DNA of 64,000 nt from Gammaproteobacteria bacterium (lineage in GTDB: Bacteria > Pseudomonadota > Gammaproteobacteria > DSM-16500). The notes below the pieces were generated by a model that ran no database searches, was not told the origin of the DNA, and worked only from the letters and a program-made list of their open reading frames with translations. The position numbers and the translations under genes were made by a program. Shown here one piece after another: positions 18,995-29,717 of the stretch. The stretch is from assembly GCA_027459575.1 (NCBI GenBank), contig DAIDIB010000001.1:4016-68015 (forward strand), in the 5' to 3' direction. Each line of letters begins with the position of its first letter. Within the stretch, counting starts at the first letter, position 1.

Positions 18995-19177
18995 TCTCAG
19001 TTATAAAAGATTGCTTGAGCGCGAAATCAAAATCATGCGGATATAGGCACGTGGCGATTTTTTAAAAGTGCGAGAGAAATTCATAAACAGTCCGCCGGGA
19101 AAGAGCAAATAAACACTAGCCAGGTATCTCCTGCCTCGGATTAAACATTCCGGGGTAAATTTCGGCGGGATCCAGAA

Positions 19178-20206
19178 CTATACCCAACTCATCACCACTT
19201 TTCCTGACTGACCACTGCGCGCGACATCAAACGCTTGTTGAAAATCCGCTGCTGGAAATTCGTGGGTGATGACAGGCTTCACGTCTAATCCACTTTCAAT
19301 CAGGGTAATCATTTTGTACCAAGTGTCATACATCTCGCGGCCGTAAATGCCTTTCAAGGTCAAGCCTTTTAAGATGACTTGGCTCCAATCGATAACAGTA
19401 TTGTGCGGCAGGAAGCCGAGTAAAGCGACTTTTCCAGCGTGGTTCATGTGTTTGATCATGTCGTTAAACGCATATGTGTTACCAGACATTTCCAGCCCAA
19501 TATCAAAACCTTCTTTCATCTTTAATTTTTTCATCACTTCATCAAGCGACATTTTTTCGCTGTTGACGGCAATCGTGACGCCCATTCTTTCCGCGAGTTT
19601 TAAGCGGTATTCGTTTACGTCGGTGATCACCACATGACGCGCTCCGATATGACGGGCAATCGCGGCGCCCATTAAACCAACAGGGCCTGCGCCGGTGATA
19701 AGCACATCTTCACCCACCATGGGGAAGGAGAGTGCAGTGTGTGTTGCGTTACCGAGCGGATCAAGAATCGCGCCTTCGCTTTCTGAAACCACATCAGGAA
19801 TTGGGTAGGCGTTAACAGCGGGTATGACCAGATATTCAGCGAAGCAACCATCTCGTGTAACGCCAACACTGACATTTTGACGACAAAGATGTGAACGGCC
19901 AGCGCGGCAATTGCGGCAATGACCACAGGCAATATGTCCTTCACCCGATACTCGATCACCTATCTTAAAATAACTTTGTACTTCTTTTCCCAGTTCAACC
20001 ACTTCACCAATAAACTCATGCCCAACCACTTGCGGCACTTTAATCAGTTGTTGCGCCCATTCATCCCAATTGTAAATATGAATGTCTGTACCACATATCG
20101 CGGTTTTATGAATTTTGATTAACACGTCATTATGGCCGACGGTTGGCATGGGCACATCTTGCAGCCAGATTCCTGGTTCTGCTTTTGCTTTTAGGAGAGC
20201 TTTCAT
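19178..20206 (-). CDS. tdh: L-threonine 3-dehydrogenase
   Basis: [42 protein letters not shown]; GAGGA RBS before ATG 20206. Confidence 0.97.
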   Translation of the reverse strand: MKALLKAKAEPGIWLQDVPMPTVGHNDVLIKIHKTAICGTDIHIYNWDEWAQQLIKVPQVVGHEFIGEVVELGKEVQSYFKIGDRVSGEGHIACGHCRNCRAGRSHLCRQNVSVGVTRDGCFAEYLVIPAVNAYPIPDVVSESEGAILDPLGNATHTALSFPMVGEDVLITGAGPVGLMGAAIARHIGARHVVITDVNEYRLKLAERMGVTIAVNSEKMSLDEVMKKLKMKEGFDIGLEMSGNTYAFNDMIKHMNHAGKVALLGFLPHNTVIDWSQVILKGLTLKGIYGREMYDTWYKMITLIESGLDVKPVITHEFPAADFQQAFDVARSGQSGKVVMSWV

Positions 20207-20239
20207 AATGTCCTCTTTAGTGTACATTTAAATGTACGC

Positions 20240-20291
20240 TGATATTATAACCCCGGATTAAACGCTGAAAAGCGCGTTTGATCCGGGCTAC
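20240..20291 (-). repeat. GTAG-type REP variant with TATAAT tail between kbl and tdh
   Basis: Minus strand GTAGCCCGGATCAAACGCG...GCGTTTAATCCGGGGTTATAATATCA; 26 bp identical to 48383-48408. Confidence 0.85.
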
Positions 20292-20295
20292 ATAT

Positions 20296-21504
20296 TTAAA
20301 TTATTCCTAACTGTTTGCCAACTTTTCTGAACGCGGCAATGGCTTTGTCTAAATGTTCTATTTCATGTCCGGCAGACATTTGCGTGCGTATGCGTGCTTG
20401 TCCTTGCGGCACTACAGGAAAGGAAAAGCCAACCACGTACACGCCTTCTTTTAGCATCGCATCCGCCATGGTGCTGGCCAGTTTGGCATCGCCCAGCATG
20501 ACAGGAATGATAGGATGATCGCCGGGTACTAATTTAAAGCCTAACTTTTCCATGCCGCGACGGAAATGCGCGCTGTTGCTATGAACTTTTTTGATGAGAT
20601 GCTGGTTAGTTTCCAGCATTTCCAGCACTTTGACGGAAACTGCGGCGATAGTGGGTGCAAGAGTATTGGAAAATAAATACGGACGCGAGCGTTGACGCAA
20701 CCACTCGATAATTTCTTTGCGGCCACTAGTGTAGCCACCCGACGCACCGCCCAATGCCTTGCCCAGTGTGCCAGTGATGATGTCAATGCGTTTCATCACA
20801 TGATGATACTCATGGGTGCCGCGGCCATGCTCACCCATAAATCCTACCGCGTGTGAATCATCCACCATCACAAAAGCCTTATACTTATCGGCTAAATCAC
20901 AAATAGCTGGCAGGTTGGCGAGAATGCCATCCATGGAAAACACCCCATCCGTCGCGATTAATTTCACGCGGCAATTTTTAGCTTCAATTAATTTCGCTTC
21001 CAGATCGGTCATGTCGTTATTGTTATAACGGAAACGTTGCGCTTTGCATAAGCGAATGCCGTCAATAATGCTGGCATGATTTAACGCATCGCTGATCACT
21101 GCGTCATCAGGACCGAGAATAGTTTCAAACAAACCGCCATTCGCATCAAAGCAGGATGAATACAAAATAGTGTCTTCCATGCCGAGAAAATGACTGATAC
21201 GTGCTTCCAGTTCTTTGTGCACTGACTGGGTGCCGCAAATAAAACGCACCGATGACATGCCATAGCCGTATTTATCCAGCGCGGTTTTCGCCGCGGCAAT
21301 TAAATCGGGATGGTCAGACAAACCTAGATAATTGTTGGCGCATAAATTAATAACTTCACTGCCATCGGCCAGTTTAATGACCGCTTGTTGTGGGGAGGTG
21401 ATGACTCTTTCACCTTTATACAAACCGTCTTGTTTGAGTTGTTCAATATTTTCGCGCAAACCCTGGAGGTATGCCTGTTTGTCAATAACCTGGGAAGTCT
21501 TCAA
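20296..21504 (-). CDS. kbl: Glycine C-acetyltransferase (2-amino-3-ketobutyrate CoA ligase)
   Basis: [36 protein letters not shown]; TTG start with AGGAG RBS. Confidence 0.97.
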   Translation of the reverse strand: MKTSQVIDKQAYLQGLRENIEQLKQDGLYKGERVITSPQQAVIKLADGSEVINLCANNYLGLSDHPDLIAAAKTALDKYGYGMSSVRFICGTQSVHKELEARISHFLGMEDTILYSSCFDANGGLFETILGPDDAVISDALNHASIIDGIRLCKAQRFRYNNNDMTDLEAKLIEAKNCRVKLIATDGVFSMDGILANLPAICDLADKYKAFVMVDDSHAVGFMGEHGRGTHEYHHVMKRIDIITGTLGKALGGASGGYTSGRKEIIEWLRQRSRPYLFSNTLAPTIAAVSVKVLEMLETNQHLIKKVHSNSAHFRRGMEKLGFKLVPGDHPIIPVMLGDAKLASTMADAMLKEGVYVVGFSFPVVPQGQARIRTQMSAGHEIEHLDKAIAAFRKVGKQLGII

Positions 21505-22195
21505 CTTTAATTCGCTCCTGCTCTATGCCCATTTCCAGTAAGGTTTCCTGTAATGCGGTCACCATGCTGGGTGAGCCACAAATGTAGTAGATAGGGGAGG
21601 CTAAATCAACCACATATTTGCGCAGTATGGTATGGGTTATAAAGCCTGTTTCGCCTTGCCAATCCGCGGGAGGCTTGGCAAGCGTACTGACCAGTTTGAA
21701 GTTTGGCATTTGCTTTTCCAGTGCCATTAATTCATTCAAATAAGCGCCGTCGCTCATGCTTTGATTGCCGTAAAAAAGCGTAATCTTTCGCTGTGGCTGT
21801 CTGGCAGCGCAATCACGAATCATGCTATAAAATGGCGCGATGCCAATGCCGCCCGCGATTAACACCGCGGGAGTGTTCACATCTTCATGTAAGGTGAAAT
21901 TTCCTGAAGGGCCTGCGAGTTTGATTTCGCCGCCAGGCGTCAATGAACACATCATGCGTTTATACGCAGAATTTTGCACGCGAGTAGTAAAGGCGAGATA
22001 ATTATCTTGTGGCGCGCTTAAAAATGAAAATCGTCGTGTATTGCCGCCCTTGTCGGTTTCTTTGGGATTAATGATCGTCAGGCCGCCATATTGTCCAGCG
22101 ACAAAATTAAATCCTTCGGGTTTTTCAAAACGAAATTCAATGGTATTGTTCGCCACATTTCTCTGTTCGATTAATTTCAACTTAAAGATCGGCAT
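21482..22195 (-). CDS. FAD/NAD(P)-binding oxidoreductase (ferredoxin-NADP reductase-like)
   Basis: [37 protein letters not shown], terminal EDFPGY. Confidence 0.85.
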   Translation of the reverse strand: MPIFKLKLIEQRNVANNTIEFRFEKPEGFNFVAGQYGGLTIINPKETDKGGNTRRFSFLSAPQDNYLAFTTRVQNSAYKRMMCSLTPGGEIKLAGPSGNFTLHEDVNTPAVLIAGGIGIAPFYSMIRDCAARQPQRKITLFYGNQSMSDGAYLNELMALEKQMPNFKLVSTLAKPPADWQGETGFITHTILRKYVVDLASPIYYICGSPSMVTALQETLLEMGIEQERIKVEDFPGY

Positions 22196-22883
22196 GAGTG
22201 TTGTTCCTGGTTTTGTTGCTCGCTACATCCGCAATTTCCATTAATTTGTGGTGTTTGAGTATGCGAATATTTTTGTGATCAATTTTTAGAATTTTATTTT
22301 TTTGCAATCTGGAAAAAATGCGACTGACTGTTTCAGTGGCAAGACGCAGATAATTACCTATATCCTGACGCGTCATCGGTAGAACCAGCTCGGATGTGTT
22401 GGTCGAGCGCAGCCGAGCTATCAAATCAAGAATAAATGAAGCAAGACGTTGTTCAGCGGTATTCATGTCGAGATACGATCCCGCGGTGAGTTGCTCGCTG
22501 ATCAAATGCAGCAGATGTTCCATCAAGGCAGGTCTGGTTTGTATCATGTTAAAAAAATTCTCGTAAGGAATTTCACAAACAGTGGTTTCACATAATGCGA
22601 TGGCAGAAAAAGGAAAGTGCCTGTTATGTATTGCTTCATATCCAAGTATTTCGCCGCGAAAATTAAATTTGCGAATAAGTTCGTTACCTTCGGTGTCGAT
22701 TTGAAATGATTTGATGACGCCTTTTTTGATGGCATATAGATTGAAAAATTTGTCATTCGCCCTGTAAACAATTTCGTTACGCTTGAAGGTGCGGAAATGC
22801 TTGACGGTGTCATGATCTTCAATCGAACAGAACGATGAAAAATCGCAGCTGATACATGAAAGATCCGAGGATGGTTTGACCAT
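22182..22883 (-). CDS. fnr: FNR/ANR-type Fe-S oxygen-sensing Crp-family regulator
   Basis: N-terminal CxxC-x5-C, internal VCEIPY Cys, HTH MTRQDIGNYLRLATETVSR. Confidence 0.85.
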   Translation of the reverse strand: MVKPSSDLSCISCDFSSFCSIEDHDTVKHFRTFKRNEIVYRANDKFFNLYAIKKGVIKSFQIDTEGNELIRKFNFRGEILGYEAIHNRHFPFSAIALCETTVCEIPYENFFNMIQTRPALMEHLLHLISEQLTAGSYLDMNTAEQRLASFILDLIARLRSTNTSELVLPMTRQDIGNYLRLATETVSRIFSRLQKNKILKIDHKNIRILKHHKLMEIADVASNKTRNNTHADL

Positions 22884-22953
22884 TATTTGTCCATTTATCT
22901 TGTCAAATTTAAATCATTATATCGCCGTTTAGCAAAAAATAAAATCAAATTCC

Positions 22954-22967
22954 ATGATCTAAATCAA
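22954..22967. promoter_or_regulatory. FNR box between fnr and cyoA
   Basis: ATGAT-ctaa-ATCAA vs consensus TTGAT-N4-ATCAA (1 mismatch). Confidence 0.75.
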
Positions 22968-22995
22968 TGTTTTTTAGTTGGAAGCATATTAGGGT

Positions 22996-23925
22996 ATGAG
23001 TCATAAAAACACAATGAGGACAAGATGGGTGAGCATAATGATGCGACTGCTTATTTTAACAATGTTACTGCTGACCACTTTGATATTAAGTGGCTGTAAG
23101 CTGACGCTCCTCAACCCCAAGGGAATGATCGCGGCGGATGAGAAAACCATCATGATCACCGCGGTGGTATTAATGCTCATCGTCGTCATTCCCGTCATTG
23201 TGCTGACTTTGATATTTGCCTGGCGCTACCGCGCCAGCAATATCAAAGCCAATTATCAACCCGAGTGGTCACATAACACCCTGATCGAAATTATCTGCTG
23301 GACCATTCCCTGCGTCATTATCGCTATGCTTGGCACCATTACCTGGATTAGTTCGCATCGTCTTGATCCTTTTAATCCCCTTGAAAATCAGGCTGAGGAG
23401 CCAATAGTGATTCAGGCTATCGCGCTTGAATGGAAATGGCTGTTCATTTATCCCGATCAGCACATCGCGACAGTAAATTACTTGCAATTGCCAGTTCATA
23501 CACCCGTGAAATTTTATATTACCGCTGAAGGCCCGATGAATTCATTCCAGATTCCGGCGCTCGGCGGTCAAATTTACGCGATGGCGGGCATGCAGGCAAT
23601 ATTACATCTGGTGGCTGACCAAGCAGGTGATTATAACGGTTTTTCATCTCAATTTAGCGGCGAAGGTTTTTCGGATATGACGTTTATCGCGCATGTTGGT
23701 ACTAAAGATGAGTTTAACCAGTGGGTGACCAGGGTGCAAAAATCACAAGATACGCTAAGCTCCGCTGAGTACCAAAAGTTAGTTCAACCAAGCATTAAAC
23801 ACCCTGTTAAATATTATTCTTTGGCGAACAGGGCGCTATTTGAAAATGTGGTGATGAAGGCTATGGTGCCACTAGACGACGCCAAAAACTTATGTAACAC
23901 GAAATTACAGGGGTTCCAGTCATGA
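22996..23925 (+). CDS. cyoA: Cytochrome bo3 ubiquinol oxidase subunit II
   Basis: LSGC lipobox, [33 protein letters not shown]; true start probably 23038/23041. Confidence 0.95.
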   Translation: MSHKNTMRTRWVSIMMRLLILTMLLLTTLILSGCKLTLLNPKGMIAADEKTIMITAVVLMLIVVIPVIVLTLIFAWRYRASNIKANYQPEWSHNTLIEIICWTIPCVIIAMLGTITWISSHRLDPFNPLENQAEEPIVIQAIALEWKWLFIYPDQHIATVNYLQLPVHTPVKFYITAEGPMNSFQIPALGGQIYAMAGMQAILHLVADQAGDYNGFSSQFSGEGFSDMTFIAHVGTKDEFNQWVTRVQKSQDTLSSAEYQKLVQPSIKHPVKYYSLANRALFENVVMKAMVPLDDAKNLCNTKLQGFQS

Positions 23926-25868
23926 TACAACAATTGTTATTCGGAAATTTGACACTGGAAGCTATTCCGTTTCATAACCCGATTATTATGGGCGCCGCGA
24001 TATTCATGGGTTTGTTTGGAGCCATGATCATTGGCGCGATTACTTATCTGAAAAAATGGAAATGGCTTTGGACGGAATGGCTGACTACCGTCGATCATAA
24101 AAAAATTGGCGTGATGTATATCATTCTCGCGTTAATCATGCTGCTGCGCGGATTTATCGATGCGCTGATGATGCGCGCGCAGCAAGCGATGGCGGTAGGG
24201 GAGTCGGCAGGTTATTTGCCGCCTGAGCATTACAATCAAATTTTTACCGCGCATGGCACGATTATGATTTTCTTTATGGCCATGCCATTTATGTTTGGCT
24301 TGATTAACATTGTGCTGCCATTGCAGATCGGCGCGCGCGATGTGGCGTTTCCCTATCTCAATTCACTGAGTTTATGGCTGGCGGTAGCGGGCGCGTCATT
24401 ACTTAATATTTCTCTGGTGATAGGCGACTTTGCCGCTACAGGCTGGCTTGCTTATCCGCCATTGTCTGAGTTGGCGTATAGCCCGACAGTCGGCGTCGAC
24501 TATTATATCTGGGCGATACAGATTTCAGGCGTGGGCAGCTTGTTATCTGGTATCAATTTTATGGTGACAATACTCAAAATGCGTTGTCCTGGCATGACGT
24601 TAATGAAAATGCCCATTTTTGTCTGGACGGTATTGTGTTCGATGATTCTCGTGGTGCTGGTATTTCCAGTGTTAACAGTGACACTAGCCATGTTATTTCT
24701 GGACCGTTATTTTGGCATGCATTTTTTCACGGCGGACATGGGCGGTAACGCGGCGCTGTATATCAACATGATCTGGATATGGGGGCATCCTGAAGTTTAC
24801 ATTCTTGTCTTGCCAGCATTTGGTATCTATTCTGAAGTGGTGGCGACGTTTTGTAAAAAATATTTGTTTGGCTATACAACAATGGTATGGGCAACAGCCT
24901 CCATCACCATCCTGTCATTTTTAGTGTGGCTACATCACTTTTTCACCATGGGCGCGGGCGCGAACGTCAATGCCGTCTTCGGCATCGCCACTATGATTAT
25001 CGCGATACCTACTGGCATGAAAGTATTTAACTGGCTATTCACCATGTACCGTGGTCGAATCACTTTTTCCGTGCCAATGTTGTGGACGGTCGCGTTTATG
25101 ACAACTTTTGTAATAGGCGGCATGACTGGCGTGATGCTGGCTGTGCCGGCCATCGATTTTCAAGTCCATAATAATATATTTTTAGTCGCACATTTTCATA
25201 ACACAATCATTGGCGGTGTGGTATTCGGTTATCTTGCCGGTTTTAGTTACTGGTTTCCGAAGGTAATGGGTTTCAAGCTGCATGAAGGCCTCGGCAAGTG
25301 CGCCGCGTGGTGCTGGATTATTGGATTTTATGTGGCGTTCATGCCGTTATACGTGCTGGGTCTGATGGGAATGCCGCGAAGAATCAGTCACTATGGCGCG
25401 GAAACAGGTTGGCATCCCTGGCTCGTGGTCGCGGCGATTGGCGCATGTATCATTTTAGTTGGCTTTCTGTTTCTGGTGGCGCAGTTGATTGTTAGTATTG
25501 TCATGCGCGAGAAACTCAAGGACACGACAGGTGACCCATGGGATGGTAGAACACTTGAATGGTCTATTCCGTCTCCCGCGCCAGCGCATAATTTTACTGT
25601 GATTCCGGCAGTTGATGGTCGTGACGCGTTTTGGCTGCAAAAGCAGCGTGGACTAAGTGTAACAAGCACGCCCATGGTACATGATATTCATATGCCGAAA
25701 AATACCAGTGTTGGATTGATTATTGGTGTGCTAAGTGGCATGTTCGGCTTTGCCATGACCTGGCACATAACCTGGTTGATCATAGCTAGTCTCGCGGGCA
25801 TCATGGCGGCGGCAATTTCCCGGTCATTTAACACTAAAACTGATTATTATCTGAAGGTGACAGCCTAA
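23922..25868 (+). CDS. cyoB: Cytochrome bo3 ubiquinol oxidase subunit I
   Basis: [39 protein letters not shown]. Confidence 0.97.
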   Translation: MIQQLLFGNLTLEAIPFHNPIIMGAAIFMGLFGAMIIGAITYLKKWKWLWTEWLTTVDHKKIGVMYIILALIMLLRGFIDALMMRAQQAMAVGESAGYLPPEHYNQIFTAHGTIMIFFMAMPFMFGLINIVLPLQIGARDVAFPYLNSLSLWLAVAGASLLNISLVIGDFAATGWLAYPPLSELAYSPTVGVDYYIWAIQISGVGSLLSGINFMVTILKMRCPGMTLMKMPIFVWTVLCSMILVVLVFPVLTVTLAMLFLDRYFGMHFFTADMGGNAALYINMIWIWGHPEVYILVLPAFGIYSEVVATFCKKYLFGYTTMVWATASITILSFLVWLHHFFTMGAGANVNAVFGIATMIIAIPTGMKVFNWLFTMYRGRITFSVPMLWTVAFMTTFVIGGMTGVMLAVPAIDFQVHNNIFLVAHFHNTIIGGVVFGYLAGFSYWFPKVMGFKLHEGLGKCAAWCWIIGFYVAFMPLYVLGLMGMPRRISHYGAETGWHPWLVVAAIGACIILVGFLFLVAQLIVSIVMREKLKDTTGDPWDGRTLEWSIPSPAPAHNFTVIPAVDGRDAFWLQKQRGLSVTSTPMVHDIHMPKNTSVGLIIGVLSGMFGFAMTWHITWLIIASLAGIMAAAISRSFNTKTDYYLKVTA

Positions 25869-26458
25869 TGACACACGCTATAGTTGAAGATAGTCATCAT
25901 AACTCAGACGCCACTGATGTGTTTGGTTTTTGGTTGTATATCCTGAGTGATTGTATTCTGTTCGGAACGATTTTTACGGCATTTGTTGCTTTAAAAAATA
26001 ATTTGTATGGCGGCTTGAGTCTCAAGCAGCTCACAGAACCGCATTATATTTTTATCGAGACAATGGTGTTACTTGCTAGTAGTTTCACTTATGGCATGGC
26101 TATTTTGTCGGTATATAAAAATGACTTGCGACGTGTCATTACCATGCTGGTTGTTACATTTCTGTTAGGGGCGGTTTTTGTTGGTATGGAAGTGAATGAG
26201 TTCGTCAATCTGTATATCGATGGCCATAGCTGGCAAACCAGCGCCGCTATGTCAGCGTTTTTCACCTTGGTTGGCACACATGGGTTACATGTGTCTTTAG
26301 GTATGCTATGGATGCTTGTTTTGATCACGCAGCTGGGTGTTTTTGGCATCACGCCATTTATGCGTAAGCGCCTTACCTATCTCGGATTATTTTGGGCGTT
26401 TTTGGATATTGTCTGGATTTTCGTTTTCACTGTCGTCTACTTGATGGGGGCAATTTAG
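25868..26458 (+). CDS. cyoC: Cytochrome bo3 ubiquinol oxidase subunit III
   Basis: FGFWLYILSDCILF, LVGTHGLHV, FLDIVWIFVFTVVYL. Confidence 0.95.
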   Translation: MTHAIVEDSHHNSDATDVFGFWLYILSDCILFGTIFTAFVALKNNLYGGLSLKQLTEPHYIFIETMVLLASSFTYGMAILSVYKNDLRRVITMLVVTFLLGAVFVGMEVNEFVNLYIDGHSWQTSAAMSAFFTLVGTHGLHVSLGMLWMLVLITQLGVFGITPFMRKRLTYLGLFWAFLDIVWIFVFTVVYLMGAI

Positions 26459-26459
26459 C

Positions 26460-26777
26460 ATGGCTAAGCAGCATGACGAAAAAACCTTAGGATCCTATTT
26501 GCTAGGACTGATACTCTGTATCATTTTAACCATAACCGCATTTGCCATTATTGAGTACAGACTGCTTGATGATACAAGCATGTATATCGCCTTGACTGTG
26601 CTCGCGGTCGCGCAGTTGCTCGCGCAATCAGCTTGTTTTCTACGTTTGAATATCAGCGCCGAGGGTAGGTGGAATTTATTTCCGTTTTTGTTTACCAGCT
26701 TTGTGGTGGTGATACTGTTGGGTGGTTCAATGTGGGTGATATATAATTTGAACTACAACATGTTGATCCCAACTTAA
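26460..26777 (+). CDS. cyoD: Cytochrome bo3 ubiquinol oxidase subunit IV
   Basis: SYLLGLILCIILT, GSMWVIYNLNYNM; position after cyoC. Confidence 0.9.
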   Translation: MAKQHDEKTLGSYLLGLILCIILTITAFAIIEYRLLDDTSMYIALTVLAVAQLLAQSACFLRLNISAEGRWNLFPFLFTSFVVVILLGGSMWVIYNLNYNMLIPT

Positions 26778-27116
26778 TCATCCGCCTCGTTTGGTGGGCT
26801 TGACAGGCGCTTCCAGCAGTCCAGAGTCCTGGATGAAATTCTGAAAATATTTTTTTTGCAAATTAATTTGATCTTGGGAGGCGCTGAGGTATTTGTCAAA
26901 GAAATTATTCATTGTGGTACGCAGTGTATCGGCTGTATAAAACGCAGAATCGCCAGGATAGGGAAACAGGATGTGAGGTTTGTTAGGATTTTTATGGGAT
27001 GTTTCAAGTAAAGTGATCGCGTCATCCAATTCATCGCGTCCCATTTTCGGCAAACCCGGCGTAGCGCGTACACTTTTAAGATAGTTGATCAGGTGTTCTA
27101 TTAATTGTTCAGCCAT
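26778..27116 (-). CDS. Hypothetical protein
   Basis: Open frame from ATG 27116 with GAGAG upstream; fills the gap between cyoD and sdhE; no recognised motif. Confidence 0.55.
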   Translation of the reverse strand: MAEQLIEHLINYLKSVRATPGLPKMGRDELDDAITLLETSHKNPNKPHILFPYPGDSAFYTADTLRTTMNNFFDKYLSASQDQINLQKKYFQNFIQDSGLLEAPVKPTKRGG

Positions 27117-27177
27117 CGTATACTCTCTCACTGTGTTATTTTCAAATTATAGCAAGCCTCTTTTAAGAGAATATTAA

Positions 27178-27450
27178 ATGGAAAAAAAAGATATTGAAAG
27201 TATGTTGAGTGAGCCGGCTAAAATAAAATGGGCTTGCCGGCGCGGCATGCTAGAACTTGATGTTTTATTGAACAATTTCCTTGAACGTGACTATAACAAC
27301 TTGAATAATGAAGATAAACGATTATTCATAGAGTTACTTGAGCTGCCAGATCCGGAACTATTTGGCCTGCTCATGCAAAAACTGGCGCCTGTAGATGAGC
27401 GTCAGGCTCAGTTAATTTCCCGGATACGTCAATATGCTCGCGTCGGCTGA
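27178..27450 (+). CDS. sdhE: Succinate dehydrogenase assembly factor SdhE
   Basis: KWACRRGMLELD motif, LLELPDPEL. Confidence 0.92.
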   Translation: MEKKDIESMLSEPAKIKWACRRGMLELDVLLNNFLERDYNNLNNEDKRLFIELLELPDPELFGLLMQKLAPVDERQAQLISRIRQYARVG

Positions 27451-27850
27451 TTTTCATCTGGCTCCCTCGCGGCTATACCTGTTCATTTTTGGCGCGATAC
27501 TACTTATCACTAGTTTAATACTCTGTTATTTCCCCATTCCATGGTGGCTTAAATTAATTGCTGTCATGATTGTTATCGCGCACGGTAGCCATACGTGCTG
27601 GCGCTATGCATTGCTACGTCACAAGTTTTCTATCACGACCATCAGATACACAAGTGAAAAACGCTGGGTTATACAAAATGGAGAGGGCACGCTTGCGGTT
27701 GATCTGCATCCCAGCACTACCGTTACAACAATCGTGATGCTGCTGCATTTTCGTGTGCCGGGTAAAATGATACCGCACAAAAGTGTTATTTTCCGCGATT
27801 CATTATCTACAGATGATTTCCGCAAGTTATTAGTGATATTGAATGCGTAA
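27434..27850 (+). CDS. YgfX-like inner membrane protein
   Basis: Two N-terminal TM helices, C-terminal DS...DFRKLLV; overlaps sdhE as in the conserved sdhE-ygfX pair. Confidence 0.75.
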   Translation: MLASADFHLAPSRLYLFIFGAILLITSLILCYFPIPWWLKLIAVMIVIAHGSHTCWRYALLRHKFSITTIRYTSEKRWVIQNGEGTLAVDLHPSTTVTTIVMLLHFRVPGKMIPHKSVIFRDSLSTDDFRKLLVILNA

Positions 27851-27851
27851 C

Positions 27852-27877
27852 CGTCGTCCCGGCGAAAGCCGGGATAC
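27852..27877. repeat. CGTC-type REP-like palindrome between convergent genes
   Basis: CGTCGTCCCGGCGAAAGCCGGGATAC. Confidence 0.85.
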
Positions 27878-27881
27878 ACAT

Positions 27882-28262
27882 TTACCTATCAACCGGATGT
27901 GGTCTACCTTTTTCATCAATAGCAACAAATGAAAAAATTCCTTCTGCGACCTTGGTGAGATCGCTATCTAGCGCAATCGTCCACACTTCGATATTAAATT
28001 TCATCGAGGTGCGACCTACCTGAGCGAGGTCAGCATAGCAACACACCGTATCGCCGACATTAACAGGTTTGATAAAGCGCAGTGAGTCAATCGCCACCGT
28101 GACAGCACGACTTTTAGCGCGCAATCGGGCTTCAACACCGGCGGCCATATCCATATGCGACACCAGCCAGCCACCAAAAATATCGCCATTCGCGTTGGTG
28201 TCGCAAGGCATTGCAACGATCTGGATGGCTAATTTACCGCTGGGTTTGTTGTCGTTCCGCAT
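27882..28262 (-). CDS. yciA: Acyl-CoA thioesterase (YciA-like, hotdog fold)
   Basis: AMPCDTNANGDIFGGWLVSHMD, VGRTSM, FVAIDEKGRP. Confidence 0.88.
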   Translation of the reverse strand: MRNDNKPSGKLAIQIVAMPCDTNANGDIFGGWLVSHMDMAAGVEARLRAKSRAVTVAIDSLRFIKPVNVGDTVCCYADLAQVGRTSMKFNIEVWTIALDSDLTKVAEGIFSFVAIDEKGRPHPVDR

Positions 28263-28350
28263 GATACTTTCCCTGTGATCAGGTGTTTATTTTAACATTT
28301 TTTTGATATGATAGGTAGATTGTTAGAATAGAATACATTAGGAAGCAGTA

Positions 28351-28737
28351 ATGGCAGTTCTTATACTCGGCGATCTTAATATTGATCCCATTTTGAAGGC
28401 CCAGGCTTTCTTGAAAATGGCCATAGAAAGCGCGCGTTCGGACCTTGAAAAAGCGGGAGCTATCCAGGCTTTTGAAATCTGCTATGAGTTGTCATGGAAA
28501 ACCATGAAACGAATTCTGTCTTACCGTGGTATTGAGGCAAATAGTCCCAGAGAAGTTTTTCGGTTAGCTGCTCGAGAAAAATTAATCAATGAGCTAGATA
28601 AATGGTTTGAGTTCATAGAGAAGCGTAATCTTACCACGCATGTTTACAACTTAAAAATTGCAGAAGAGATATTTGTATTCTTGCCATCATTTTTTCAAGA
28701 GCTCGATTTATTTATTAGCAAAATAAGGTCCCTGTGA
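28351..28737 (+). CDS. HEPN-domain toxin (HI0074 / nucleotidyltransferase substrate-binding family)
   Basis: GAIQAFEICYELSWKTMK, SPREVFR, RNLTTHVY (RX4HXY). Confidence 0.88.
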   Translation: MAVLILGDLNIDPILKAQAFLKMAIESARSDLEKAGAIQAFEICYELSWKTMKRILSYRGIEANSPREVFRLAAREKLINELDKWFEFIEKRNLTTHVYNLKIAEEIFVFLPSFFQELDLFISKIRSL

Positions 28738-28738
28738 G

Positions 28739-29029
28739 ATGATTAATCTCTCAGATAAAGAATTAAAATTGATAAAATTTATTTTAGCCAAATATCCTTA
28801 TCAGTTTTATGCATTCGGATCACGTGTCAAAGGTAAGCAAAAAAAATATTCCGATCTGGATTTATGTTATAAAGACCAGATTCCGGATTCGGTGATCACT
28901 AAAATATATGAAGATTTTGAAGAGTCTAATCTGCCATTTAAAGTGGAATTACTAAATTGGCATCGATGTGACCTGGATTTTCAAAAGAGCATAGAAAATG
29001 ATTTGGTTAAGCTGGAAGATTTCGTGTAA
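28739..29029 (+). CDS. Minimal nucleotidyltransferase (MNT) antitoxin
   Basis: FGSRVKGKQKKYSDLDL (GS-X10-DXD), ESNLPFKVEL. Confidence 0.88.
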   Translation: MINLSDKELKLIKFILAKYPYQFYAFGSRVKGKQKKYSDLDLCYKDQIPDSVITKIYEDFEESNLPFKVELLNWHRCDLDFQKSIENDLVKLEDFV

Positions 29030-29123
29030 TAAATGGCAGGACTGCTACTATTCAGATAAGTGGCGATGCCGATAATGATGATACTCGCGATTAATATTTG
29101 ATTGTTAACAGACAACATTTTCT

Positions 29124-29660
29124 TTTGATTATAATTAGCGTAGTGTTAACTTGATCTACGGTCGCCAATTAAGCTGGGGTTCCAGCATCCAGATTGAACC
29201 ATTGGTGGGACTTAACTATGCTTATTTGAAACAAAATATTGTTTCTTCGTACAATGCCACATATATTATCGCTAATCGCTTCGGTGTTAGCGCAGTGGTG
29301 GGTGGTTCCTTATTGGCTGGCTCCGTCAGTTCCAATACCAATTTTAATTCATATGGCGGTGGCAATAAGGTGTTAACACCTACACAATTGGCTAATCAAA
29401 GCCAGAACATGGTCGTGCCAGAAGTCGATGCTAAATTAGAAGCAAGTTACACGATGCCATTTAATGCAAAAGGGTCCAGCATTAATTTTGCCTTGGGCTA
29501 TCTGTTTGCTGCTTACTTTAATGCTATCAACCAGGTGGTACCAGCTTCGTTAGTGCCGGGCGCGTTTAATGGCGGCACCATTGCGATTGAAACAGCGAGC
29601 CAGGTTCAGAGTAATATAAATTTGAATGGACCTTATGCGAGTTTTACGTTGACGTTTTAG
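29124..29660 (+). pseudogene. Truncated Legionella MOMP/Lpg1974-like outer-membrane beta-barrel
   Basis: GLNYAYLKQ, VVPEVDAKL, GYLFAAYFNA, terminal GPYASFTLTF; no signal peptide, in-frame TAG just upstream of 29151. Confidence 0.6.
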
Positions 29661-29680
29661 AGATATATTATCGCGCGGCA

Positions 29681-29706
29681 TCGCCCCGGCTTTCGCCGGA
29701 GCGACG
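29681..29706 (-). repeat. Degenerate CGTC-type palindrome
   Basis: Minus strand CGTCGCTCCGGCGAAAGCCGGGGCGA downstream of rhlE. Confidence 0.75.
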
Positions 29707-29717
29707 TGCAAGCAGTT

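Noticed and set aside
19000-19118. Possible gene remnant YKRLLEREIKIMRI*ARGDFLKVREKF after ridA
   Set aside because: Short, contains a stop, and I cannot assign it to any family
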